From NCBI GenBank assembly GCA_004431415.1, contig QPMI01000295.1, positions 1-64,000 on the forward strand: DNA of 64,000 bases. The letters are read 5' to 3'. Shown one piece after another: positions 23,879-36,530 of this stretch. Both the position numbers and the translations under genes were made by a program. Position 1 is the stretch's first letter, and every line of letters starts with the position of its first letter. Source of the stretch: Cyanophora paradoxa CCMP329 (taxonomy: Eukaryota > Plantae > Glaucophyta). Under the pieces are notes generated by a model. The model had not been told where the DNA came from and searched no databases. It saw nothing but the letters and a program-made list of their open reading frames with translations.

Positions 23879-24039
23879 AGCTTAGAGGCCTTGGCTGCGA
23901 AGCAAGACTGAGGCTTGTACCCCAGGGGCGCACTTATAACTTGTAAGTGCGCCCCTTGTACATATGTGCGTAAGCAAGGCTGCCTTTATTTGGCAGCCAT
24001 ACACTGCCCTATGCTACGCTGACGCTCACATAGGTTCGA
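23879..24039 (-). repeat. Terminal repeat A (5' end of element 1)
   Basis: Also at 21836-21996 and 19798-19957. Contains a 13-bp perfect stem aggggcgcactta/taagtgcgcccct and ends 6 nt before the gag ATG. Confidence 0.95.
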
Positions 24040-24547
24040 CTAAAGAGAAAGTATTACACATACATTGCGTTGCCTCTCGTCATGTAGAAACGGGGCAACG
24101 CAGCGAATCGAGCACGGGGGGCCTGGGCGCCCCCACAGCCCTCTCCTCATCTACTGCTGCTCAGCAGCATCTAGCAGCATCCAGCAGCATCTATCATAGT
24201 AGTGTAGCTAGATGCCGCGATAGGTAAAACAGTAGCGAATAGCTATCTCAAAGTGTTATACATGTGGTGCGAGCACGGGCCAGGGTCGGGTCCGGCTCGG
24301 CGAGGCATGAAAAGGGGTGTCTAGGACGAATAATGATGGAGGGCCGGAAAGCAACGCGCTTAACTAGCGCGGGGGTGCCACGGCGATCTAATTGCGCCGC
24401 CGTGGAATACTCTGATGGAGATACGGACGGGAAAGGCCCGACCTGGGGCGCGCGCCCGGCCCCGGGCCCTGGGTGAATAAGGCTGCATAGAAGAGCGCTC
24501 AACTAGCGCTGGACCGGAGGTGACGGTGCCCCCGGGGGTCCGGGGCC

Positions 24548-27500
24548 TCACTGGGAGGCGGTGCCGCGGCTCAAGTCCGAGTGGACGGAGGCGGACGGGG
24601 AGAGGGCGGAGGCGGAGGCGGCGGGGGCGTGGGCGAGGTCCGAGTGGAGGGAGTGGGAGCGGGCGGGGCCGGCGCGCCCCGCGGCGCTGGCGAGGGCGAT
24701 GTGCTGCGAGGCGGAGCGGGCGAGGTGCTCGGGGACGGACTGCGAGTGGGCGACGCCGCCGGCGCGCGCCGCGAGGCCGGTGTAGAGCGAGGGGGAGGGG
24801 GAGATGGCGAGGCCCGAGAGCACCGAGGGGGAGCGCGAGGGGCCCTCGGGCACCGGCGTGAGCGCGGGGCCCGCTCCCGCCCCGGCGCCTCGTCCACGAC
24901 CTGCCGGGGGGCGCGGCGTGAGGCGGCGGCGGCGCGGCGCGGCGGGGGCGGCGTGGAGGGGAACTGGATGTCGCGGTCGATGTCGAGGGAGGCGCCGCGG
25001 GAGATGGAGGCGGCGCGCCGCAGCGACTCCGCCGCCGCGCCGTGCATGGAGATCGACGAGGCGCGCGGCAGGTGCTCCCGCTTCGGCCCTGCGCCCGGCG
25101 CCCTCAGCCCGGGCCGGCACGAGCTCGGGGGCGGGGCGGGGGCGGACCGATGGCGTCGCGGAGGGCGGCGGCGCCGAGGCCGGTCTCCTCGACGAGGCGG
25201 GCGAAGTGGGAGGCGGGGTTGTCGAGGAGCGCCGCGGGGGCATCGAACTCGATGGGGAGGCCGGCGTCCATGAAGAGAATCTTATCGGAGGACACGATGG
25301 TGTCCAGCCTGTGGGCGATCTGGATGATGGTCGCCCCCTGGAAGACGGTCTCGATGGTGGAGACGAAGAGGGACTCCGTCTTCGGGTCCACCGACGCGGT
25401 CGCCTCGTCGAGGACGAGGATGGAGGAGCGCTTGAGGACGACGCGGCAGAGGCAGCAGAGCTGCCGCATCCCCAGCGACCAGTTCGAGCCGCCCTCCGCC
25501 ACCTCCGCCTCGAGCTTGCCCGGGAGCGCCTCGACGTACTCCTTGAGGTGGGAGGTGCGGAGGGCCTCCCAGATCTCGGCGTCCGAGTAGGCCCCGAAGG
25601 GGTCCAGGTTGCTCCGCACCGTCCCCCGGAACATGATGGGCTCCTGGGGGATGATGGCGATGCGGGAGCGGAGCTCCTCGAGGGGCATGCGGCCCGTGTC
25701 CACCCCGTCGATGAAGATGCTCCCCGACTTGGCCTCCACCAGCCGGAACAGCGCGATGATCAGCGTCGACTTCCCCTGCCCGCCCCCGCCCCCGTCAGCC
25801 CCGTCAGCGCCACCCTCGGGCCCCGGCCGGGCGCGCGCACCGAGCCCGTGCGGCCGACGACGCCGACCTTCTCCCCAGCCTGGATCGTCAGCGTCACCCC
25901 CTTGAGCGCCGCCGGCTGCCCCCCAGCGCTCAGCGTCGGCCCCGGGGCGGGCGCGGGCGAGTTGGCGAGGGGGCGGCGCGCTGGGGGGGACCTGGTGGGG
26001 GAGGTAGTGGAGAACGACCTTGTCGAACTTGATCTCGCCGCGCGCCGGCCAGCTCGCCTCCACCTTCGGAGCGTCCGGGCCCGCCTCGGGCTCCTGCCCC
26101 ACCGCCTCCGACCCGTAGCTGCCGGGGCGGGGCCGCGTGGGTGCGGGGAGGGGGCGGCGGGGCGGCGGGGGCACGCACTACTCGATGGCGGTGACGGAGG
26201 AGACCTGCGAGTCGATGTCGGCGTAGCCGCGCACCACCCACGTGAAGAAGACCAGCGCCTGGCCCCGGCCCGGGGTCAGCGCCGGCGCGTCGGGGACGAG
26301 GGCGGGGGCGGGAGGGCGCCTGGAGGGAGTTGGAGATGGTGAGGCCGAGGGTGCGGGGCGGGTAGTCGTCCCGCATCCCCACGCACAGCAGCGCGTTGCC
26401 CAGGATGATCAGCGCCCCGACGAAGTCGAGGCGGAACTGGGGTCGCGTCGGCGCGGGGCGGGTGCTGCAAGGGGGCCGGGGCGTGGGCGGGGGCGCACCG
26501 CGAGCCAGATGGAGGCGGCGTCCTGGTTGAAGACGCAGCGGTGGTTCCCGTCGACAAGCGCCGCGCTCTCCGCCGTGAAGCGGCCCTCCTCACCGAACGC
26601 CCGGATGACCGGCAGGCCCAGGATCGCCTCGTTCAGGTGCGAGAGCACCTGCCCCGCGGGATCAGGCGGGGAGGGGGGAGGCGGGGGCGCGGGGCGTCGG
26701 ACCTTGCCGTTGGTGGCGCCGGAGAGGCGCTTGAGGGCGCGGCCGGCGCCGAGGTAGAGGCGCAGGTAGAGGAAGAAGGCGGCGAAGAGCCCCGCCGTCA
26801 CGATCGCGAAGAGCGGCTGCCCGCCCCGCCTCGGCGCGCGCGGCGCCCGGCCATGGGCGGGGGCGGCGGGGGCGCACGAGGACGGCGGAGGAGAGGGAGA
26901 CGGTGGTGAGGAGGATGCAGAAGTAGACGAGGGTGATGTGGAAGACGTCCGGCAGGCTCTCGTCCACCTGCGGGGCGCGCCTCGCGATCAGCCCGCCGCC
27001 CCCCCGCCCTCGCGAGCGCGACCGCGGCGCGCCTGGTCCAGGGCCCCCGCGAAGCAGTTGAGCACGCGGCCGAGCGGCGTGACGACGAAGAAGGCGAAGG
27101 GGGCCCGCAGCACCCGCCCGAACGTGTTGTTGTGCAGCGCCAGCGAGGCCTGCGCCGGCCGGGGCGGCTCGGGGGCGGCTCGAGGGAGGGGCGGGGCGGG
27201 GGCGGGCGGACGCGGCGGGCGATGCGGTAGAAGGAGAGGCCGCGGATCATGAGCCAAATGCCGAACCCGACCACGAACCCGAACCTGCGGCGGCCAGCGC
27301 GCTCGGGCCGGGCCCCCGGCACGGCGCCCGCGGCGGCGGCGGCGCTGGGCGCATGCGCACTGCACGAAGGCGTAGAAGCTGTTGTCCGCCTTGACGAGGA
27401 TGGGGCGCCCCGGCACCTGTGCCCCCGTCCACACGTTCAGCCAGCTGCGCGCGCCACGTCGCCCGTCAGCGCCCGATGAGAGGGGCGCGGGATCCGGAGG

Positions 27501-30500
27501 GGCGAGGGCCGGTGCAGCGCACTAGTCGTTGCCGATGCGGACGCATTGCGCGAAGACGTGGATGGCGATCGAGATGAGCGCGAGGGTCGTCCCCGCCCGC
27601 CGCGCCCACACCTGCAGCCCGCAAAGGATCGCGCCCGATATTGGACCCAGCGACTCCGAGGAGCGAAGCGGACCCGGTAGGACTCGAAGCCGGTCTTCTT
27701 CATGGACTCGTCCTCGACGATCATCTTGGGGGCCGCCTTGGCCTTCTTGCCCTTGGCGGGGGCCGGGGCGAGCTTGGCGCGGGCGAGGGCGGCGGTCCCG
27801 TCGTCGTCGAAGTCGAACGAGGAGCGCGTCTGCGGGCGGCTCGGGATGAGCGCAGGGCGGGCGGCGGCGGGGAGAGTGCGAGGGGATGGGGACCTGGACG
27901 GGGAGGGGCAGCTGCTGGGGGGGCAGGTCGTCGGCGGCCCCCACCAGCAGGTCCGTCACGTGCGGCTTGATCAGCTCCTGCCCGCCCCGCCCCGCGCCCC
28001 CGCTCAGCCGCGCTCCAGCCGGCGCCGGGCGCCGCCTCGCCCCGCCCTCGCCGCGCGCACCCGGTTGTACGCGCCGTAGTAGACGAGGCGGCCGTGGGAG
28101 AAGACGCCGCACAGGTCCGACTGCGCCAGCAGGTGCACCTTGTGCGTCGACATCTGCCGCGGCGCCGGCGCGCGTCGGGGGCAGGGGCGGCTCGGGGCGC
28201 GGGGTGCTGGTGCTGGGGCGCACGAGGATGGTCTTGCCGGCGAGGAGGCCGCGGATGCAGTACTGGAAGATGTGGTTCGCCGTGTGCTGGTCCACCGCGC
28301 TGCCCCGCCCGGGCCGCCTCAGGCCCCGCCCCACCCGACCCCACATCGGTGTCGATGCGGCCGGACCTGAGGGGCGCGTCCAGGAAGAAGACGTCGGCGT
28401 CGGAGTAGACGGCGCGGGCGAGGCTGATGCGCTGCCGCTGGCCCCCGGAGAGGTTCGCCCCGCGCTCCCCCAGCTCCGTCAGGTCCCCGTTCGCCATCAT
28501 CCTGCGCCGCGTCAGAGCGCGAGGGGCTCGGGGGCGGGGGCGGGGCGGGGGAGATGCGCACCGGAAGTCGGCCTCGAGGGCGCAGGCGTGGACGACGCGG
28601 GCGTACTTGACGGGGTCGAAGGGCCGCCCGAAGAGGATGTTGTCGCGCACGCTCAGGTTCTGGATCCAGGCCCACTGGGGCACGTACGCCACGCGGCCGC
28701 CGAGCGCGCACTCGCCGCGGGTGACGGAGGCGAGGCCGAGGAGGGCGGCGAAGGCGGAGGTCTTGCCGGAGCCGACGACGCCGGTGACGGTGAGGAGCTT
28801 GCCGGCGGGGAGCTCGAAGGAGACGTCGTGGAGCACGGGGGGCGTCAGCTTCCCGTCCACCACGTACGCCACGTCGCAGTTCCGCTGCCCCGCCCCCGCC
28901 ACTCAGCCCCGCCAGCCCGCCCGGCCGGCGGCGGGGCGGGCGGCGCACCATGAAGCACGTGGGGGCGGCGAGGCGGGAGGAGCCCTTGGTCTCGGGGCGG
29001 AGGAGGTACGCCTGCAGGCGCTGCACCGCCGAGAGGGACTCTACACCCGGCGTGAGGCGCAGGCGGCTCGGGCTGGAGGCCCCGCGGCGGGGCCGGCGCC
29101 CGTGCGCACCGGTGAAGTTCTTGAGGGCCTTGGGGAGCACGACGAGGGGGAAGCGGAGCGTGTTCTGCCCCCCGCCGCCCCTCAGCGCTGGAGGGGGCCG
29201 GGGGGTGCGGGGCGGGGGCGGACGAAGAGGCTGAGCGTGGTGAAGGCGATGCTGGCGTTGAGGATCATCGCGTCCGGCACGCCCACGTTCACCGGGTCCG
29301 TCAGCCTGCCCCCCGTCCTCATCAGCCCGGGGCGCGGCCGGGCCGGGGCCGGGGGCGGGGCCGGGGGCGGGGGCGGACATGGAGAACATGGTGATGGCCA
29401 TGGCGGGGGGGATGATGAAGACGATCATCAGGGAGACGCTGCGGGGGGCCGGGTGAGGCGCAGGCCCGCGCCGAGGCCGGGGCGGGGGCCGGGGCGGGGC
29501 GCGCCTCTTGAGGATGGCGGCCTTCCAAGCGAGGTCCATCTCCTGCGAGCGGTACTCCTGCACCTTCTTCTCGAACTGCTTCTCCCAGCAGCTGCGCACC
29601 CCCGCGCGCTCAGCCAGGGCCCCCTCGCGATGGCGACGGGGATCGGGGCGCCGGCGCACTAGAACTTGACGACTTTGATGGCCATGAGGATCTCGTTCAT
29701 CATCTGCACGCTGCGCGCGCGTGAGGCCTCCTGGATGCGGCCCGACGGAGCGGGCGCGGCGGCGTGCGGGGCCGCCGGGGCGGCGCGCACCGCAGGTCCG
29801 TGAAGGCGACCGTCTTCTTGCGGAGGTAGGCCGTCTTCTTGCCTGCGCGCCCCGTGATCATGAGCCCCGCCCCCGCCCCCGCCCTCCCGATCCCGCTCGC
29901 GCTGGCCCGGGCCCCGCACCGATGAAGAATTGCGTGGGGACGACGACGAGGAGGATGCCGACACCCGGAAGCACCGAGATTTTCAGCTGGGTGGCAAGGA
30001 GGATGCAGATCGCTGCGCGCGCCGGCCCCGCGGCTCGCGGTCGGCCCTTGCACAATTGCAACAGAGCTGGGGCGGATTTGATCGCACCGACGGCCTCCAC
30101 GGGGCCCGACCAGAGGTAGTGCAGCGTCGTGCAGGCCTGTTGCACGTCGCGAGCGCGCGGTCATTGCCGTGGTCAGGCTCGAATGACCTCGGGATCAGAT
30201 TCGGGAGGGGCGGCGGGCGCGCCTCCTGGAGCTTCTGGCAGTCTACGGCGGCGAGGGAGACGACGTCGCCCGTCGAGACGGTCACGTCCTCCAGCTTCAT
30301 CGACTTGCGGAACACCGCCGACAGCAGCGCCGCCCGCACCTGCCCACCCCCACCCGCCGCCCGGTCACGCGCCGCCGCGCGGGGCGGGGCGGCTGTGCAG
30401 CGGGCCGGCCGGACCTTCACGCCCAGAGCAGCCGACCGTGCGGTCATCTGCTGCATGGCCATGGAGAGGAACCTTCGAGGGCTCAGCAGCGCTCACGAAT

Positions 30501-31654
30501 TTGATCCTCAAATATTTGCAATTGGCACACCAGCAATCTAGGAAGAAGAATATAGCAAGGATCCACCCTTTGGATGCGCCGGGCATGCGACCCGCCTTCT
30601 TGTCATTGTTGTAGCCTGCGCGCACGCGAATCATTTCGCGATCGCAAGAACAAATCTAGCTGGGCTCGAGCTGCACAGACGCGTACGCGTACGCGTACGG
30701 AGCATTTGAATACGCGAAACGCACCCTCAGCCCACAGCAGAAGCTCGCGAACAAAGAAGAATGCGGCGAGAATAATAAGAATGCCCCAAATAGCTTTCCA
30801 AACCTGGGCGATCGACCGTACGCGTTAGCGCCCGGCGCGGTTTCTGAGGAGCGGCCACGGAGACATCGCGCATATACATGCGCCTGCGCACCCCCGCCTT
30901 GAAGAATTCGCGAGCGAATACGCGCTGCAGCGTGCCGCGGAGGTTTGGCTCTCGGCCCTCCTTCTCCGCGGCCGCCTTTTCCGCTGCCCACTCCGCCTCG
31001 AATCGCGAAGAGCAAACGCCGGACGTCATTCCCTTGGGGAGCGACAAATCGTCCTCCGTGAGCTGGCCAGTCCTCCCCTTTCGCACAAGCGGGTTCATCC
31101 TGCCGCGATCAAATTCGCATGAGCTCAAGACGCGCTCGATAGCGCGCGCCCGGGCATGCATATGGTTCTAGATCATTCCAGATGGCTGCGGCCTATTACT
31201 GCACTTCGCGCATTGATCGAAGCGCGTTTTAGAATGCTCGCGAATATGCGACCGTGCCGTTGCAGGACCGGGTGCGAAATGACCCCGCGCGCGCAGGCAT
31301 GCGCAGGTGAGGAAAGCGTGCGCACCACCAGAATGAGACTCGCGAGAGCCATCCCGCGGACTCGTAGCTGGTTGATGGCTGCGTCTTCACATCGTCCGAG
31401 TCGGTCTCACCAGATTCAGCCACCGACGCCTTTTCCAGCGCCGCTTGTTGCGGTGTCGCCGAAGGAGTCGGAGTGTTTACTGGCAAGACTTTCAGCGGGT
31501 TCGCAGCGGCGGCAGCGGTGTTGGGCGCTGCATGATTCGTGGCGGACAGCACGACATCCGAAAGAGAGGCGGTTTCCGCCGCGGGGCGGAACTGCACGGC
31601 CGGCAGCTGCGTTGGTGATGGGCATGGAGCCGCACCGCCTGCGGCTGCCGACAT
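24548..31654 (-). CDS. ABCC/MRP-family full ABC transporter (multi-exon)
   Basis: SAGWLSRVSFWW; NBD1 GVVGSGKT, ELGERGANLSGGQRQRISLARAVY, FFLDAPL; NBD2 GRTGSGKST, IIPQEP, WSLGMRQL, LVLDEATA, IAHRL. Confidence 0.93.
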
Positions 31655-31970
31655 GAAGGCCGTTCCTTCAAGGAAGGAAAGTTTCTCGCCGGATGCGGAA
31701 AACGGGGGCGGGCGACTACAGTGCTGCTGCTAAGTTTCACGTGCACGCTGCCTCCGCTGCTGCTGCGCGCGCTCGGGCTCCTTCTCGCGGCGGCGACACG
31801 CGGCGCGTCGCTCCGTGGAGTTGTTGGGCACGACTGTGTTATCGCAAGAGGAGCGCGCGCGGAGTCTAATTAATCCTCTGTAAGCTTTTTTTTACTTTTC
31901 CCGTCTTACTAAAATGTCTTTCCCCCCCTCTTTCTCCTTATTAAAATCCTTTAAGTTAAAGTTCGGTACC

Positions 31971-32144
31971 CGCGCTTTAGCGCAGTGGTATAAGGTCGTG
32001 CTACGACCTCCCGGATTCCCGGGTTCGGTTCCTGCTGTTTCCGCTACGTTGTACTTCGAATCCCTGTGATTCCCGATACCGTGACTTGTATCCTCGTTGT
32101 GTACTACGAGTGGGCACGCCCACCGTAGATCTTTAAAAAAAAAA
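31971..32144 (+). mobile_element. tRNA-derived SINE with poly(A) tail
   Basis: A-box TAGCGCAGTGG, B-box-like GGTTCGGTTCC, 3' hairpin ctacgagtgggcacgcccaccgtag, A-tail, and 13-bp TSD aaagttcggtacc at 31958-31970 and 32145-32157. Confidence 0.85.
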
Positions 32145-32323
32145 AAAGTTCGGTACCAGTTACATAATTTATATAATTAACGGTTTTCTCCTCTTCGTAT
32201 GACCCAGCTAGTCGCGATCGCGAACGAAGTGCGTCTCTACCCAGCGCATCGACTTGAACCAACCGCGGCCAGACGCACCCAGCTAGCGACACGTCCGGGG
32301 GCGGATCAGAACATTAGGGCGCG

Positions 32324-35291
32324 ATGGGCAGCGCCAGTGCCGGCTCCGGCGCACGCCGGCTGCCGTACGTCGCCGGTCTCGTGGCGGACACGATCAGCGG
32401 CTTCTTCTTCTGGACCTGGCTCAACCGCTGCGGCGACACGATCTTCTTCTTTCCCTTAGTCAAGGTCCGAACGCTCCCTCCCGCCGCCGTAGCCGCCGGC
32501 GGTTAGCCGCAGCGACGCCCGGCGCGCTCGGGCGCGCTCCGACGCGTGGTGCCGCGGCATTGCGAGCGGCGCTGACGCCGGCGGACGCCGGGCGCGGGGT
32601 CGCGCAGCTGGCGGTGTCGGGCTACGAGGTCTTCACGCTCGTCGTGCCGGCGGCGTGCGCGTTCGGCGTCGGCTGGACGCGCCGCGCCGTCTACCGCCGC
32701 TTCGCATTCATCCCCCTCGCCGTGCGCCCCCCCGGGCCCGCCGCCAGCCGCGTCGGCGCCGGCGCCGACGCCGCGGGGGCCGGCAGGACCTGACGGGGCT
32801 GGCGGCCTTCTTCTACCCCCACGAGAACGCGACGTACGCCCAGCTCCTCATCGTCGCTAACATAAACTCCCTCTTCTACCGGTGCCCCCGCGCCCTCTGG
32901 CCCCGGCCGCCCTTCCGCCCGCGCCCGCGCCGGCGCCGGCGCCGAGGCTCGGGGCGGCAGGCTGCTGGGGGTGGCGGCGGCGGTGTGGACGCCGGAGCGG
33001 GGGCGGCGGGAGCGGGCGGTGCTGGGGCTGCTGGCGGGCCTCGCGGCGCACCAGAGCCTCCGCCTCGCCTGGGCCTCGTTCCTCCCCATGTGGGTCCGCC
33101 CGGGGCACAACCTCGCCGCCTGCGGCCTCTCCCTCCTCTGCGCCCTCCTCTACTCCCGCGAGGACCTCGCCCCGCCCGACTTCGCCCCCGAGAAGGAGAA
33201 GGCCGCCTTCCGCGCCCGCCCCTGGCTCGCCACCGCCCTCGGGTTCGGCTCCGCCCAGGCCCTCCTCCTCTGGCTCGTCTCCGAGCGCGGCGTCATCCCC
33301 CGGTGCCGTGCCCTGCACCCCCTCCCCGAGCGCCCTGCTCCCTCTCACCGCCCCCCGCCAGCTACGTGGGGGCCGACCCCCTCTGGGGCGGCCTCGGCGT
33401 CATCGCCGCCTCGGCCCTCGGGGGCGCCTTCGGGCGGCACCCCCTCTCCGCCTCCCGCGCATGGACCTGGGTACCCCCCTCCCTCTCGCGCGTGCACCCG
33501 CCTTCCGACGGGCCCCGGGCTATCAGGCGGGGCTCCTGGGAGCGCTGGCGATGCACTATTTCCGCCCCACGGGCCACCCGGGAGAGGCGTACCCCCTCCC
33601 CGAGCTCAGGCGCGCCCTGTTCTCCCCCACCCATCTCCCCCTCTCGCCCTCGCCCCGAGCGAGGCGGCACGGCCGGCAGCGCGGGCGGGGGCCTGCTGCT
33701 GGCGGCGTGGCTCGCCTCGCTGCTTCCGCGCTACGCCGACGCTCTCGCCGCCACCAACACCCCGGGCCGCGTCCTCGCCGTGCCCCACCCGCCCCCGCGC
33801 CCTCCTCCGCCCGCCCCCCTCACCCCGCCCCGCAGGTCTCCGGCATGCTCTCCACGCTGACGCTCGTGGGGAGCTGCTGGTGCGCGGGGCCGGCGGGGCC
33901 CGCGGGGCCGGGGGGCCTGAGGGCGGGGCCCAGGTGCGTGAACTACAAGTTCGTGCCCGGGGGCGCCTACACGCGGGAGAGGGGCCACTGGCTCATCCTC
34001 GCCATGGCCGCCCTCGCCGCCCTCGGCTACCGCAACTGGGTCCGCCTCCCCTCCTCCCTTCCCCGCCCCCCGAGGGAGCGGCCCCGCAGGTCGGCAAGGC
34101 GGCGCACCGCTCGCAGGGGGCCGGCAGCGCGGGGCGCGCCCTCGCCGTCGCCGCCGCCTCCCTCCTCCTCCTCGCCGCCCCCGCCGCCTACTCCCGCCTC
34201 CAGGCCCGCCCCGCCCCGCCCCGCCCCGCCTTGCCCCTCCGCCCGCCCCCTGGCGCCCAACGGCGCGGGCAGTTCGAGGCGAGCGTAGAGCCGCCCCAGT
34301 TCCGCACGGAGGACTTCGGGAACGCCACAAACGGTGCGGCCGGCGCCCTCTCCGAGCCCCGCCGGCCCCTCCCGCGCTCCAGCCGCCGGCGGCAGAAGTC
34401 GCGACCTTCCTCGTCTGGACGATCCACTTCGGCTACGACAACTTCGGAGGCTTCAACGTGCGCGCCCGCGCCCCCGGCGAGGCGAGGCGAACGCCCCCGC
34501 GCGGACTCGAGCCGGCGGGCGCGCAGCTGGACGAGGTGGCGGCGGCGATCCGGGGCGAGGGGCGCAGGCGCGGGCCCCGCGAGCTGCGCGCCGCATCGGG
34601 CCGGGGCGGCCCCCGACGGGGCGCGGCGGCGCAGGTGGTGGGCATCATCGAGAGCGACGGAATGCGGCCCTACTCGGGCAACCGCGACGTCATCGAGTAC
34701 CTCGCCATGGTCCTCGGTGCGCCCCGGAGCCGCGGGGCGGGGCGGGGCCGGGGGCGTGAGGGCGGGGGCGTGAGGGCGGGGCGCGGGGGGGCAGGGATGA
34801 AGGCGCACTTCGGGCTCTCGTCGGGGGACCACTCCCTCGGCTGCGGCATCATGTCCTCCCTGCCCCTCCTGCGCGCCGCCCCGCACGCCCTCCCCTCCCC
34901 CCAGGGCGAGGTCGTGCGTGCTCCCCCGCCCCCTCCCCCGCCACGCCCCGCGCCGCCGCGCGCCGCCCCAGAGCGCCCGCGCAGGCGCCCCTCGTGCACG
35001 CCACCTTCGCCGTCCGCCCCGCCCCTCGTCGCCCTTGTCGTCGCGTCTCAGGGGCGCCGCAGTTCGCGGGGAGGGAGCTCGACGTCTTCGTCACGCACTT
35101 CGGCAACACCGGTGCGGCGCTCCCGGCCGTGCACCCCCGGCCGCCCCCCCGCCGACGCGAGCGCGCGCCGCGCCTCAGAGGACACGCTCGACCTCAAGCT
35201 CCAGTCCGAGTGGTCCGCCTCGCCCCCCGGCCCTCGTCGGCGCTGCGCCCCTCACCCCCCCCCCCCGCCCCCCCCCCCCCCCACCCACCCC

Positions 35292-35326
<35 letters not shown>

Positions 35327-35811
35327 CCCCAGGTTCGCGGAGCACGCGGCGCCCCTGAAGACCTTCGTGGGCCTGGTGCGGCCCCCGGCCCCCCTGGCGG
35401 GCCCCGCCGGCGAGCGGGGCGCAGGGGTACTTCACGACGTGGCCGTACATGAACCACTACCTGACGCTGCACCGCTCGGGCCTCCACGACGCCCAGCAGG
35501 AGGTCGACTACGACCGGCGCGCCCCCGCCCCGCCCGCCCCGCCCCGCCCCGCCCCGCCCCGCCCCGCCCCGCCCCGCCGCCTCACGCGGCGGCGCGCGTG
35601 CAGGTACTGCCAGTACATCTGGCTGAAGGGGGGCGACCCCCTGGAGTACCGCCGCGTCCCCGCCGGCCGCCTCTCGGACACCGAGTACCAGGCGAGCGGC
35701 CGCACGCGGCGCCGTCGCCCCGCTGACGAGCGGGGGGCGCAGGTGGCGACGGTCGACTTCATGGCGCCCGAGCCCGAGCACGCCCTCGCCGTCGCCCCCC
35801 GCTCCGCCTAG
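32324..35811 (+). CDS. CWH43: CWH43 / PGAP2-interacting protein (GPI lipid remodelling), multi-exon
   Basis: Multi-TM N-terminal half; C-terminal WTIHFGYDN, GIIESDGMRPYSGNRDVIEYLA, VTHFGN, RYCQYIW, LSDTEYQ. Confidence 0.85.
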
Positions 35812-36530
35812 CCGCCCCGCCCCCGCCCGGGGGGCCCTGCCGCACTGCAATTGAAAGGCCATGGCCAGCGCTCCGAGCGCGCCTCGAGCTCAGCCTCAGT
35901 CAGGGTGAGCGTCGAGAGAGGGCGGAGCGGAAAGGGGCAGAAGACTAGAAGTCACACTGAGTGGCGCCGGCTGCCAAGCGAGGCAGGCTGCGTGCACTGC
36001 CACGTGCACGCGGGCAGCTGCACGCCACGTGAACTCAGTAAGCCAGTAAGCTTAAACTGATCATGAACTGCCAGGCTGGTTGCTATTCAATGATTTCAAG
36101 TTTCGAAATATCTGCCACAGTGCAGCTGCCGTGGCCGTCGGACACTGTCACCGTGACAGTCTGAACCTTAAATCCGAACTCGGAAGTTCGTGATCTAAAC
36201 GTCACTCTCGAGTCCATTAAGCAAGACATCGATGCGGGAAGGTGAGCGCGCAGGCACTTCGGCAGGCAACTTGGAACTGCCGCCGCTGAGCTGCAGGCTG
36301 ATCATGAGAAGCCGGGTGGTTCAGATCACCAGAGCCCAAAAATCGCCGGGCGGTTTGAATGTTTGGGATCTTCATGCACAGTTGCATCGTGGCATTTATG
36401 ATTTATGGACTGCCGGCCCCACATCTGGTCATCTGGCATGGTGCTCACAGCGGGCCCCCCTGCAGCCCGCCGGCGCCCGCGATCGGCCGGCCCGTGATCT
36501 GAGCCACTGTGCAGCGCGAGCGGGTCGGCG

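Larger units (their letters stand above)
12810..24039 (-). mobile_element. Tyrosine-recombinase retrotransposon (DIRS order, PAT-like split direct repeats), element 1: A-gag-B-A-gag-B-A-RT/RH/MT-YR-B
   Basis: Repeat A (about 160 bp) at 23879-24039, 21836-21996 and 19798-19957. Repeat B (61 bp) at 21997-22057, 19958-20018 and 12810-12870. Gag, RT, RNase H, MT and YR ORFs lie between them. Confidence 0.93.
19958..24039. repeat. Tandem duplication of the about 2.04-kb gag cassette (19958-21996 and 21997-24039)
   Basis: The copies differ only by a few homopolymer indels and one substitution that I could see (ttgtcgcg versus ttgttgcg). Confidence 0.95.

Noticed and set aside
31971-32050. Functional tRNA gene
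   Set aside because: No convincing cloverleaf, and the A-tail plus TSD indicate a SINE.
35254-35330. Long poly-C runs (also about 1977-2000 and the poly-G at about 51478-51503) as separate elements
   Set aside because: They lie inside ordinary host introns and their lengths are unreliable in assemblies.
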